Shown here piece after piece: positions 46,680-56,079 of a stretch of 64,000 nucleotides of DNA; the first letter of the stretch is position 1; the number at the start of each line of letters is the position of its first letter. Under the pieces are notes generated by a model that saw only the letters and a list, made by a program, of their open reading frames with translations, was not told where the DNA came from and did no database searches. This DNA is from Nitrospirales bacterium (GTDB taxonomy: Bacteria; Nitrospirota; Nitrospiria; Nitrospirales; UBA8639). Location of the stretch: contig CBDCWC010000002.1 in assembly GCA_965223295.1 (NCBI GenBank), positions 608,001 through 672,000 of the forward strand, written 5' to 3'. A program made the position numbers and the translations under genes.

Positions 46680-46791
46680 AAAAAAAAGCCCTTCTCCTGG
46701 CATCATGAGAAAGGCATAAATCTGTGGCCTTTGGGGTGGCCGTCGGCATCACTTGTTCTCCTTACTCACCTCACTGGATGAGTCTTAAAGG
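46680..46791 (-). promoter_or_regulatory. PyrR-binding attenuator leader (anti-antiterminator plus intrinsic terminator)
   Basis: Minus strand CCTTTAAGACTCATCCAGTGAGGTGAGTAAGG resembles the PyrR loop (CUUUAA ... UCCAGNGAGG). It is followed by GCCTTTCTC...GAGAAGGGC and a T-run, directly upstream of pyrR. Confidence 0.85.
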
Positions 46792-46798
46792 TTAATCA

Positions 46799-46827
46799 AT
46801 CCTAGTATCCACACCCCAACTTGTCAA
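46799..46827 (-). promoter_or_regulatory. Sigma-70 promoter of the pyr operon
   Basis: TTGACA-N17-TAGGAT on the minus strand, immediately upstream of the PyrR leader. Confidence 0.65.
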
Positions 46828-46846
46828 GTAGTTATAGAGGACATAA

Positions 46847-46889
46847 TAGGAGTCAGACTCGAATTAAATAATTGGAGTCTAACCCCTAA
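46847..46889. repeat. REP-like inverted repeat, degenerate copy of the element at 58461-58537
   Basis: TAGGAGTCAGACTCGAA ... TTGGAGTCTAACCCCTAA, just downstream of the kynU stop. Confidence 0.65.
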
Positions 46890-46902
46890 TTACCAAATCA
46901 CC

Positions 46903-48129
46903 TCAAGGAATCGACTTGAGGATTGAACCTAATTGCTTAGCGGTCTCAAGGAGTTCGGTCTCAGTTGTGAGGATGTCAGGGCAGATACGCAGTTTTCCTT
47001 CTCGGGCATCGACGACGATCTCACGTTTTTTTAGTTCTTCTGCTATATGGCTTGCACGCTTATGAGGAATGGCCAGAAAAGCCCCTCGCTGTTCAGGTAT
47101 CCCACTTATGGTTACCCTCTGTTCCTTTAACAGGTCTAAGAATAGCGCTTGTTGATGAAGCGAATAGGCACGTAATCGTTCCACTCCCAGTTCCAAGGTC
47201 AGTTCAATTCCAGCCTTAGCTTGATAGAAGGGCAGAACAGCAGGGGTCGATTCCAGAAACGCGTTCCCGTCTTGTGCGTATTGCCCCGATTCTTTTCGCT
47301 CAAAGTCAAATGGGTGTGGCTGTGCAAACCATCCCGTGTCGAGTGTTTGAAAACTTCCAGTGAGATGACGCGGATGAATATATAGCCAACAGACACCTGG
47401 CCCGCCGCGGAGATATTTATACGATCCACCAACTGCAAAGTCGGCATTCAATTCCTGTATATCAACGGGTATCACTCCCCCGGCGTGATACACATCTAGC
47501 AAGACATACGCTTCCTTTGCCTGAGCTTGAACTATCAACTCCTTTAATTCCGAGAGATATTGTCCTGAGGTAAAGAGCACCATTGAGAGAACGACCAAGG
47601 TTCCCGGTTCTCCTACAGCGAACAGAATATCTTCTTCATGATACACCCCTTGGTCATCCGGCTGAACCCATTGCATCGTCAGCCGATGACGTTGTGCGTA
47701 GACCTTGAGGATATGATCAATAGAGTTAAATTCTGCTGTGGTGGTGACAATTGGGATGGTGTCATTAAAGCAATTCAGAATGGCCCGCAACCCTTGCCCT
47801 GCACTTGCCTTTGGTACGATACAGTCATGGGAAGGTGCATGAATAAGACGGGCGGTTTGTTGCCGAAATGTTTGAACTTCAGCCAACCAATCATCCCATG
47901 CTCCATCCATTTTCTCATACCAGCTCGCTAGTGCTGCCTGAACATCAAGAGCCATTTGGTCGAGCGGGCGGCCTAAAGAATGATTCGCCAGATAGATCTC
48001 TTTCCGGCTAAGTACTTGTGAGAACAGAGGATGAATATATGTGCACAGCAGGGATTCGTCTAATGCTTCCTGCCCAAGTGCGGCAACAGTCTGTTGAATG
48101 GGGTTACCGGCCAATTTCTGTTCTGACAT
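46903..48129 (-). CDS. kynU: Kynureninase (PLP, class V aminotransferase fold)
   Basis: [29 protein letters not shown] and GWFA motifs. Adjacent to kynA. ATG at 48129 chosen. Confidence 0.8.
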   Translation of the reverse strand: MSEQKLAGNPIQQTVAALGQEALDESLLCTYIHPLFSQVLSRKEIYLANHSLGRPLDQMALDVQAALASWYEKMDGAWDDWLAEVQTFRQQTARLIHAPSHDCIVPKASAGQGLRAILNCFNDTIPIVTTTAEFNSIDHILKVYAQRHRLTMQWVQPDDQGVYHEEDILFAVGEPGTLVVLSMVLFTSGQYLSELKELIVQAQAKEAYVLLDVYHAGGVIPVDIQELNADFAVGGSYKYLRGGPGVCWLYIHPRHLTGSFQTLDTGWFAQPHPFDFERKESGQYAQDGNAFLESTPAVLPFYQAKAGIELTLELGVERLRAYSLHQQALFLDLLKEQRVTISGIPEQRGAFLAIPHKRASHIAEELKKREIVVDAREGKLRICPDILTTETELLETAKQLGSILKSIP

Positions 48130-48961
48130 CAAAGAGCTCTGGGAAAAAAGTGCAATCAAGAGCGTGCTTGAGGAAGGGCACTCCTGATGATCCGCCCGTG
48201 CCGCGTTTGAAGCCAATGATCCGTTCAACGGTTTTTAAATGCCGAAACCGCCAAAGTTGAAAGTTTTCTTCGACATCCACCAGTTTTTCACACATTTCAT
48301 AGGCATCCCAATGGGATTTCGGCTCATCATAGATTTTCTTGAAAATAGGTACGAGTGCTGGGTTCCGTTCATGCGGAATAGCCCAATCTCGCTTAAGACA
48401 GCCTTGGGGAATAGCATAGCCCTGTCGGGATAATGAACTTAAAAATTCATCGTACAGGCTGGGGGAACGCAGGGTATTCAGCATTTCTTGATACAACTGA
48501 TCATCATGACGATACACCTCAACAGCTTCGGCGTTTTTATTTCCGAGTATAAATTCGATGGACCGATACTGAATCGATTGAAATCCTGAAGCATTGGCCA
48601 AGACTTTGCGAAACTCACCATACTCATTTGGGGTCAACGTCTCTAATACCGCCCATTGCTCAAATAATTGGCGTTGGATTTGTTTGACTCGAGCCAAAAT
48701 TTTAAAGCACGGATTGAAATGATCCTGTTGAAGATGTGAAATGGCTGCACGTAATTCATGTAAGATCAGTTTCATCCAGAGTTCAGAGGTTTGATGCTGA
48801 ATGATAAAGAGCAGCTCATCATGATGGGGGGGACGGCTTAACGGTTGCTGAGCAGTCAACAGCGTCTCCAGCTTCAGATAATCCGCATAGGTCATCTGGT
48901 TCTGAAAGTCGAGCGTCATGCCTTGTTCAAGCTTACGCTGTTGGTGAAGAGGGTCTGGCAT
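48104..48961 (-). CDS. kynA: Tryptophan 2,3-dioxygenase
   Basis: [32 protein letters not shown] and [11 protein letters not shown] motifs. Confidence 0.96.
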   Translation of the reverse strand: MPDPLHQQRKLEQGMTLDFQNQMTYADYLKLETLLTAQQPLSRPPHHDELLFIIQHQTSELWMKLILHELRAAISHLQQDHFNPCFKILARVKQIQRQLFEQWAVLETLTPNEYGEFRKVLANASGFQSIQYRSIEFILGNKNAEAVEVYRHDDQLYQEMLNTLRSPSLYDEFLSSLSRQGYAIPQGCLKRDWAIPHERNPALVPIFKKIYDEPKSHWDAYEMCEKLVDVEENFQLWRFRHLKTVERIIGFKRGTGGSSGVPFLKHALDCTFFPELFDVRTEIGR

Positions 48962-48969
48962 GGCGCAGA

Positions 48970-49263
48970 CTAAGCTTTTTCTTCAGGTGGGTCGCTGGGC
49001 CAACGAAGATGATCTCGATACATATCTAAATCAATCGTGTGGGGAAGGGATTCCATCTCCTGGTGAAGGGTTTGAAGGTTCTTAATCGTTTCATAAATGC
49101 GATAGTGTTTACTCTTGGCCCAAAACTCATCTTGCTCTTGTTGGAACTCTTCGATTTTGATATTGGTTTTTTCGACTAATAGTGCCTTGAGATATTGAAT
49201 TTCGTTCTCTTGATGTGCCAGGGCATGGGCAAACACCACTAACTGTTTCTCTTGCTCAGTCAT
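48970..49263 (-). CDS. Hypothetical protein (97 aa, helical)
   Basis: ATG at 49263 is preceded by AAGGAG. The longer ORF-track extension runs through a repeat element. Confidence 0.7.
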   Translation of the reverse strand: MTEQEKQLVVFAHALAHQENEIQYLKALLVEKTNIKIEEFQQEQDEFWAKSKHYRIYETIKNLQTLHQEMESLPHTIDLDMYRDHLRWPSDPPEEKA

Positions 49264-49280
49264 AGCTACACTCCTTATGA

Positions 49281-49464
49281 GGCTATTGAAAAAAGTTGCC
49301 AGCAGCGTTCCCTGCCTTCGCTGGCCTACTTCGCCGCAGTGGGTACGTAGGCTGAAAGCGGTTTCGCGCAGGCGAGGAGACCTTTTTGAACACCCCCACC
49401 TCCTTGAGCGCCCTCGGCTTTGGGACGAAATATGACTCTTGATATCGTCATTATTCACCACTCC
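49281..49464. repeat. MITE/REP-like intergenic element with doubly nested insertion (copy 2)
   Basis: Left end TTGAAAAAAGTTGCCAGCAGCGTTC and right end TTATTCACCACTCC match copy 1 (17535-17770). Confidence 0.7.
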
Positions 49465-49501
49465 CCTTGTATGGAATCTGTGTGTGACGGTACCACAGTA
49501 T

Positions 49502-51274
49502 TTAAGATTGCTGAACAATCCATAGGGTGAGTTCTGGCTGAAGCTGCCCTGCTTGCAGAATGGCCTGATGAATCTTGAATGTCGGTAAGGAGGCGCCTTG
49601 CTCTGCATGGAGCACGGCGAGACCATGTTCCTGCAGACTGCGCTCCAGGATTCCCGGTCCAGCGATACAGCCAATTCCCCCAGGGACCAGATTGTTAGCG
49701 AAAAACCAACTCCACTGCCGCAACTCCTGCGGATCATCATAGACCGCGAAGGGAATCCACACATACATCCAATCAAATGGGGAATAGGTGGTCATGAGAG
49801 CCTGCTGAGGAACTGGGAGAAATTGGTAGTGATGCAGCCAGGATAACCCCTTCTGACGATGTAAGCTATTCCAAATATGCTGAGCCTGTTTTTGGGCGAG
49901 TGCAGGCCACTCATACCAGACTGTATGCTGTTGTGGAACCCCACATCGCAGACACGCCCCAAGACTCGCCTCACATCGAGCTAGCAATACATGATCTGCC
50001 GTATCTCGAAATTGCCGCAATTCTGTTTGTTCTTCCAAGAAATCATCCAGGTAATCAAAGAGAAACGGTTGGCTTTCTTTTTCACCGATCATTGCGGCGT
50101 GATCCGGATACAGCAACACAGCAGAAAAAGCCTCTGCAGGAGACAACTCAGGAGGGCCCTGCGGAAAACACGTTCGCCACGATGTTGAATGGGCTTGCCA
50201 TTCTTGTCCGTGTGCTTGAGACAATTGATTCCATGATGGTTGTGTTTGAAAAGTCTGATGATCATCGCCATCATAGAGATGCAGTTCTTTATTGAGAATG
50301 CGGGCTCCACGGCCATCAGCCTTGGCCTCTCCAGACGGAGTTACCGCAAGATAAGAAAGCCCCGAGGCATCATCCCAGCAGGTCACTTTCTGGATAGTCT
50401 TACGATGAACGGTGACACTCAAGCGTTGAGCCTCATCGATATAGCGGACAGGATATTCTGGTATTGGCAACCATTCTACCTCATGCGATCGATTCACATC
50501 TAAAAACAACTCCTCGGGATTGTGTCCAGATGGAGAAGACGGAGAAAAAAACAAACTGAATAACCGGAAGGCGCCAACGGAAGGATAGGCTGGAATACCT
50601 CGGTAGTACAGAGTCCGTGGAGTATCCTTCTGCTGATCATCATACAGCCCCCGAATCAATTCAAACGTGGCACTCCCCGTCCCAGGGAGGAGTGACAAAA
50701 ATAATTCGACGACCGGCAAATAGTCGATTCGCCCCCATTCCATACGGCTCATGCAGGACATGAATTTTTCGCCCTCAAACGAACTCTCCGGCAACACGTA
50801 AAACGCATCTTTTATTTGCCGAATCTTAGCTGTCCCATCACTGCGGATTTCTAAGTCTTCATCACGGTAAAAGAATTCAACAGTTGAGATATCAGCATTC
50901 ATAGCTTGGGCGGCCATGGCTCGAAGATCATCTCGCGTCAACTGTTCCCACCCGGGCCGCCTTGAAAGATCTAGAGTCATGGTGTTGACAAGACCGGCAG
51001 GCTTAATACCAACCCATTTCTTCCAATCCAGGAAAAGCCTGGCCGACGTGAGCATGGGAATATCAGATCTAGATGTTTCCCAAAGACATTCATGCAACGG
51101 ATACCCATCCGGGTCGGCCAAGAGAATCCGCTGGCCATGCTTGCCGTAGAACACAACATGGCCGGTGGGTTGCTCTACCGCATGTCCACCGGCAGAATCC
51201 CAATTTGCTTTGTATTCGTTATGCTCAGGGAATGTTAGGGCATCTGGATGCGCTAACGCGGTTTGAATTTTCAT
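49502..51274 (-). CDS. Hypothetical protein (about 590 aa)
   Basis: Long ORF co-oriented with its neighbours. No family recognised. The C-terminus has weak methyltransferase-like motifs. Confidence 0.8.
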   Translation of the reverse strand: MKIQTALAHPDALTFPEHNEYKANWDSAGGHAVEQPTGHVVFYGKHGQRILLADPDGYPLHECLWETSRSDIPMLTSARLFLDWKKWVGIKPAGLVNTMTLDLSRRPGWEQLTRDDLRAMAAQAMNADISTVEFFYRDEDLEIRSDGTAKIRQIKDAFYVLPESSFEGEKFMSCMSRMEWGRIDYLPVVELFLSLLPGTGSATFELIRGLYDDQQKDTPRTLYYRGIPAYPSVGAFRLFSLFFSPSSPSGHNPEELFLDVNRSHEVEWLPIPEYPVRYIDEAQRLSVTVHRKTIQKVTCWDDASGLSYLAVTPSGEAKADGRGARILNKELHLYDGDDHQTFQTQPSWNQLSQAHGQEWQAHSTSWRTCFPQGPPELSPAEAFSAVLLYPDHAAMIGEKESQPFLFDYLDDFLEEQTELRQFRDTADHVLLARCEASLGACLRCGVPQQHTVWYEWPALAQKQAQHIWNSLHRQKGLSWLHHYQFLPVPQQALMTTYSPFDWMYVWIPFAVYDDPQELRQWSWFFANNLVPGGIGCIAGPGILERSLQEHGLAVLHAEQGASLPTFKIHQAILQAGQLQPELTLWIVQQS

Positions 51275-51383
51275 ACCTAAATAAAGGAATCTATATAAAA
51301 CCAGCCATGAAAATGACTCGAGGCAACGCAACTTGGAGAGAAACTGACCGTATTTTAACTTTCAACTAAGACATTTCAGAACT

Positions 51384-51406
51384 CCCTCTCCCTTTGAGGG
51401 AGAGGG
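51384..51406. terminator. Strong hairpin CCCTCTCCCT-TTG-AGGGAGAGGG (terminator or REP-like palindrome) downstream of proA
   Basis: Perfect 10-bp stem between proA and the next gene. Confidence 0.5.
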
Positions 51407-51469
51407 TGAAAAGCGTATTTGATTGTTCAAACACGATAGTTCATGCTGGTCTTGGAAAAGTCAAAAAAA

Positions 51470-52819
51470 TTACTCGCGGATTTGGCCGGTGCCATAGACG
51501 AGGTACTTTGAGCAGGTCAAATCTTCGAGTCCCATTGGTCCACGGGCATGGATACGTGTTGTGCTGATGCCAATTTCAGCCCCCAAGCCAAATTCAAAGC
51601 CATCATTTAAGCGCGTGGACGCATTAACCATGACAGCTCCGGCATCAACTTCTCTTAGAAATCGCAAGGCACGGTCATAATCGTTTGTCACAATGGTTTC
51701 TGTATGGCGGGAGCCATATTGGTGAATATGACTCATGGCATCATCAAGATCTTTGACGACTTTGATGGAAACGATGAGTGCCAAAAATTCGTAGCCAAAG
51801 TCGTCATCTTGGGCGGGGATAGCTTCGTTAACGATCTTGCAAGTTTTCGGACAACCCCGCATTTCCACGTTGGCTTTGACAAATTCTTCTGCCAAAGGCG
51901 GCAATAATTTTTTGGCCACTTTCTCATGGACCAACAATGTTTCCATCGCATTGCAGGTTGAAGACCGTTGAACTTTGGCGTTGAGGCTAATGTTTTGAGC
52001 CATCGCTAAGTCTGCGCCAACATCAACATACACGTGGCAGACACCTTTGTCATGTTTAATGACCGGAATGGTCGCGTGCTCATTCACCGTTTTCATTAGA
52101 GCATCGCCCCCACGCGGAATAATGAGGTCGATGTATTGGTCACATTTCAGTAAGGCCAATACGACTTCTCGCTCAGGCCGATCAATAAAGGTAATGGCGC
52201 CATCCGGAATGCCACACTTTTCAGCAGCTTCGCCTAATACTTTGGCAATGGCTTTGTTCGAGTGCAAGGCTTCCGAGCCTCCACGTAATACACAAACATT
52301 GCCAGACTTCAAGCATAGTGCCGCAGCATCAGCCGTGACATTGGGGCGGGATTCATAAATCATCCCAATGACCCCAATTGGAACCCGCACCCGGCCGACT
52401 CTCATGCCGTTCGGCCGTTGCCAAAGTCCCTTGGATTCGCCCACAGGATCACGCAACGCCGCAATCTCTCGAATCTGTTTGGCCATATCCGCAATTCTGG
52501 CTGGAGTCAAACGAAGGCGATCAGCCATGGCTGCCCGTTCGTCATCTCCCTCAAATGCCTTGAGATCTTCCTCGTTGGCTTCAAGAAGGGCTTCTTTGGC
52601 TTCTTCAAGCCCATCAGCCATAGCCAGTAACGCGGCATTTTTTTTTATGGCAATCATTCCGCTCAAAGGACGGGTCGCATCCTTTGCCTTTTGCAGAAGA
52701 GCCTCTAAATATTCCTCATGAGTCAGTTCCTTTTCTTCTTCCTCACTAGACTGTTCATCCTTGAGTTCTTCAGACTCATCTAAAACTTTAAGATCTTCCT
52801 GAGAAACCTGCTCTTCCAT
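51470..52819 (-). CDS. proA: Gamma-glutamyl phosphate reductase with acidic N-terminal extension
   Basis: IYESRPNVT, LRGGSEA, CNAMETLL and VNASTRLNDG..FGLGAEIGIST..HARGPMGL motifs. Confidence 0.95.
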   Translation of the reverse strand: MEEQVSQEDLKVLDESEELKDEQSSEEEEKELTHEEYLEALLQKAKDATRPLSGMIAIKKNAALLAMADGLEEAKEALLEANEEDLKAFEGDDERAAMADRLRLTPARIADMAKQIREIAALRDPVGESKGLWQRPNGMRVGRVRVPIGVIGMIYESRPNVTADAAALCLKSGNVCVLRGGSEALHSNKAIAKVLGEAAEKCGIPDGAITFIDRPEREVVLALLKCDQYIDLIIPRGGDALMKTVNEHATIPVIKHDKGVCHVYVDVGADLAMAQNISLNAKVQRSSTCNAMETLLVHEKVAKKLLPPLAEEFVKANVEMRGCPKTCKIVNEAIPAQDDDFGYEFLALIVSIKVVKDLDDAMSHIHQYGSRHTETIVTNDYDRALRFLREVDAGAVMVNASTRLNDGFEFGLGAEIGISTTRIHARGPMGLEDLTCSKYLVYGTGQIRE

Positions 52820-53068
52820 AATAAGGCCTTTATCTATCTCGAACCCCGCCTTCAAAAAGCGAGATCTAGAGACAGCATATCGATGAAATAAAAAAGCAAA
52901 ACCGTGAAGGAGAATACCTGTCAGTCATAAAAACCGTCAAGAAATCTAGGACTGTCGCAAACTTCTGACAAACCCTATCCTTTTGCTTGATTTTATAGGT
53001 AAAATCTTGTTACACACTTTGGCTTTTTCTGCGCAGTCATATGGTCAAATTATTATACAAATTGACGT

Positions 53069-53144
53069 GCCGAGGTAGCTCAGTTGGCAGAGCACAGCCC
53101 TGAAAAGGCTGGTGTCCGCAGTTCGATTCTGCGCCTCGGCACCA
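53069..53144 (+). tRNA. tRNA-Phe (GAA)
   Basis: GCCGAGG acceptor pairs with CCTCGGC-ACCA. D-arm AGCTCAGTTGGCAGAGC, anticodon stem CAGCC-CTGAAAA-GGCTG, T-loop GTTCGATTC. Length 76 nt. Confidence 0.96.
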
Positions 53145-53204
53145 ATTCATACGAAAACTCATGGTATTGGTACATGAGGTGCCATTGACATCATCTCCCT
53201 CTCA

Positions 53205-54206
53205 ATGAAATCCATGCTAATGGTTTTTCCTCGATTCCTCGCTTTAAAGACAGCCTCTAATTTTTTTAGCGTCTTCTTGTTTTGCCTCATCTCGCCTGGC
53301 CTTCTTTTGGCTGAAGACGACCTGGAAGCTCTTTCCGCTCCAAAAACCAGGACGGTTGTTGCCGACGTTCTGGACGTTGAAGGAGATTTTCATATTGTAC
53401 GGGGAGAGCGAGGAGAAATCCGAATTGAAGTAACTGCTGACACCAAAGTATCCGAAACATTCGCGTATGGTGATCGGATCAAAGCGGTCTTACTGCCCAA
53501 TGATGTCGCACTGACCATTACCCGCGCAGCCCCCAACGAACCCACAGGTATTTTTACCGACGAACCTACAGAATCTCCAGCATCTCCTTCCACACCCCAA
53601 GAGACTGCTGAAAAAGATGCAGATAAAAAGGCTCCGCCCAGGTATGTCACCCCGAAAGTACGGGTCGTTATCGCCGACTTACTTATGGTTGACGGCAGCT
53701 TTTATATTGTTCGAACTGAGTTTGGTGAAATCCAAATTGAAATTACGCCAGACACTAAATTAAGCGAAGACTTTAAATTTGGGGACAAAATAAAAGCTCG
53801 TATTACACCCAGTGATAAGGCTCTCTCGGTCGTTCGTGCAGGCGAAGATGACCCTGTTGGCATCCACAAGGAAGCGAGTTTTGATTCTTCTAATTCAGCA
53901 TTATCTGCTCCACCGACAGTGACAACTCAAGACGAAGCGTCGGAAGAGACTGCTTCGAAAGAGCCTCCTGCTCCTGAGCCCCCAAAAAACCGAACAATTG
54001 TCGCAGATGTATTAATGATCGATGGCGATTTTATTATTGTTCGTGGTGAACGGGGAGAAATTCAGATCGAAGTGACACCTACAACATCCATATCCGAAAA
54101 ATTCGACTACGGAGATCGGATTAAAGCCGTGGTACTCCCCAACGACAAAGCCATCACTGTTGAACGCGCCAGCCCCGACGACCCCATCGGGATCACCACC
54201 CCCTAA
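53205..54206 (+). CDS. Secreted protein with three tandem ~68-aa beta-rich (OB-fold/DUF5666-like) repeats
   Basis: Signal peptide and three copies of RT/VxxADxLxxxGxFxIVRxExGEIxIExTxxTxxSExFxxGDxIKA, separated by Pro/Ser/Glu linkers. Confidence 0.8.
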   Translation: MKSMLMVFPRFLALKTASNFFSVFLFCLISPGLLLAEDDLEALSAPKTRTVVADVLDVEGDFHIVRGERGEIRIEVTADTKVSETFAYGDRIKAVLLPNDVALTITRAAPNEPTGIFTDEPTESPASPSTPQETAEKDADKKAPPRYVTPKVRVVIADLLMVDGSFYIVRTEFGEIQIEITPDTKLSEDFKFGDKIKARITPSDKALSVVRAGEDDPVGIHKEASFDSSNSALSAPPTVTTQDEASEETASKEPPAPEPPKNRTIVADVLMIDGDFIIVRGERGEIQIEVTPTTSISEKFDYGDRIKAVVLPNDKAITVERASPDDPIGITTP

Positions 54207-54470
54207 TCCCTTTTTTAGCGTTACTTCTCTTTCAGCCAAAAATAACAACGGGCCCGGATTGCCTTATTTCCATCGGCTGCAAAACTCGTTTCAGCGATCA
54301 ACTCGAGCAAAGTTGATAGTCCCTTATACAGCTTTTTCTTTTTTTGAGTAAATTCAAACTTCGATTTCTTCGTCATCTTTAAAGCCTTCGTGATATTCAA
54401 TCAATTCAAAGAAGCAGGGCTATTTCGCATTCTTTTTTGCTCATCTATAAATAAAAAAAGTAATTATAAA

Positions 54471-54500
54471 TTGACATATATGATATTTAAAAATTACAAT
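54471..54500 (+). promoter_or_regulatory. Sigma-70 promoter of modABC
   Basis: TTGACA-N18-TACAAT about 120 nt upstream of modA. Confidence 0.55.
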
Positions 54501-54619
54501 ATTCTTAGAAATTCTTTAGGGGTCCTAACCTAAATAACGCCATAAGCCTTGCTGGCAAAATGCCAGAGATTTTTTAAACATGCACACTCATGGGCAAACC
54601 TCGTTAAGAAATTGAGAAC

Positions 54620-55399
54620 ATGCGAAGCCTCTTTCTTGTCATTGCCGTCGCGTTCAGTCTCTTCACGGTCTCTGCTGAGGCAAAAGAGACGCGGGCTGCA
54701 GTAGCATCAAATTTTCTAAGCACTTTCAGATTGTTAGCTTCGGATTTCGCTCAAAACACGCAACATCAAATCGTCATTATTTCTGGCTCTAGTGGCAAAC
54801 TCTTTGCCCAAATTCAACATGGTGCACCGTTTGATGTGTTTTTCTCGGCTGATCAGGAACGGCCAAGACACTTAGAAGACACCGGACTCGGGGTCCAGAA
54901 AAGTCGTTTTCCCTATGCGTTGGGGTATTTAACGCTTTGGAGCCCACACATCAACCTTATTGGCAAAGATGGAACAACTTCTCTAAGCACACAACCCTTT
55001 ACTCATCTGGCGATTGCCAATCCGAAAACCGCCCCCTACGGTCGAGCTGCCGAGCAAACCCTGCGGAGTTTAGATTTATGGGAGAGGCTCAAACCTCGTC
55101 TCGTATATGGCGAAAATATCGCTCAGACTCATCATTTTGTAAGTTCTGGCAATGCAGAATTGGGGTTTCTCGCTCTTGCACAAGTACGATCATCCAACGC
55201 GCTGAACAAAGACAACCGGTGGGATGTTCCGTCAACTTTACATGATCCTATAGTGCAAGAAGCCATACTCTTGAATCATGGAGCCAGCAATACTACAGCC
55301 CTCGCTTTTCTACAATATCTGAAAAGTCCAGCTGCAAAAAAAATCATCATGCAACGGGGCTATGGCATTCCCGATTCTCAACAACAGAAGAAGCCCTAG
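54620..55399 (+). CDS. modA: Molybdate ABC transporter substrate-binding protein
   Basis: AVASNF, GSSGKLFAQI.HGAPFDVFFSAD, ANPKTAPYGRAA and GENIAQ motifs. Confidence 0.95.
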   Translation: MRSLFLVIAVAFSLFTVSAEAKETRAAVASNFLSTFRLLASDFAQNTQHQIVIISGSSGKLFAQIQHGAPFDVFFSADQERPRHLEDTGLGVQKSRFPYALGYLTLWSPHINLIGKDGTTSLSTQPFTHLAIANPKTAPYGRAAEQTLRSLDLWERLKPRLVYGENIAQTHHFVSSGNAELGFLALAQVRSSNALNKDNRWDVPSTLHDPIVQEAILLNHGASNTTALAFLQYLKSPAAKKIIMQRGYGIPDSQQQKKP

Positions 55400-55401
55400 T
55401 C

Positions 55402-56079
55402 ATGCCTCATATGGATTTAGGCCCCCTGTGGCTCACGTTACAGTTGGCGAGTGTCACGGTCATCGTCCTTCTTCTTGTAGGCACCCCTATTGCGTGGTGG
55501 CTGGCATTCACATCATCACGATTACGAACCACCGTCGAAGCTGTTGTGGCCCTTCCCATCGTTTTACCCCCTACCGTCTTGGGGTTTTATCTCCTCATCG
55601 CTCTTGGGCCACAGGGTATCATCGGCGAACCCTGGAAAGATTTCACAGGATCGGCTCTGTCTTTCACGTTTACTGGGCTCGTCATAGCTTCTACGCTCTA
55701 CTCACTCCCTTTTGTTGTGCAACCTCTCCACGGAGCCTTTGAAACTCTTGGAAAGAACTCTCTCGAAGCAGCTTGGGCGCTTGGTGCCACCAAGTTGGAT
55801 GCGTTTTTCACTGTGGCCTCCCCTATGGCTATCCGCGGATACCTCACAGCTATTGTCTTAGGATTCGCCCATACACTTGGAGAATTTGGTGTCGTACTCA
55901 TGGTAGGCGGCAATATTCCAGGACAGACCAAAGTTTTGTCGATTGCCATTTATGATCATGTGGAAGTCCTGGAATATACTCAAGCACATATGCTCTCTGC
56001 CGGACTCCTTATTTTTTCTTTTCTGGTGCTCCTGGCCGTTTATACCGTTAACAGACGGTTGCCTCTTCATGTCAGATGA
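55402..56079 (+). CDS. modB: Molybdate ABC transporter permease
   Basis: LPIVLPPTVLGFYLL and FAHTLGEFGVVLMVGGNIPG motifs. Confidence 0.96.
   Translation: MPHMDLGPLWLTLQLASVTVIVLLLVGTPIAWWLAFTSSRLRTTVEAVVALPIVLPPTVLGFYLLIALGPQGIIGEPWKDFTGSALSFTFTGLVIASTLYSLPFVVQPLHGAFETLGKNSLEAAWALGATKLDAFFTVASPMAIRGYLTAIVLGFAHTLGEFGVVLMVGGNIPGQTKVLSIAIYDHVEVLEYTQAHMLSAGLLIFSFLVLLAVYTVNRRLPLHVR

Noticed and set aside
49264-49776. 268-aa ORF 48970..49776 from the ORF track
   Set aside because: The upstream part runs through a repeat element and overlaps the neighbouring gene. The RBS-supported start is 49263.
54510-54600. Moco/Wco riboswitch upstream of modA
   Set aside because: A CCTAA and a small CTGGCA/TGCCAG hairpin are present, but the conserved GAAAC-loop and GCCTCC elements and the overall stem layout are not recognisable.
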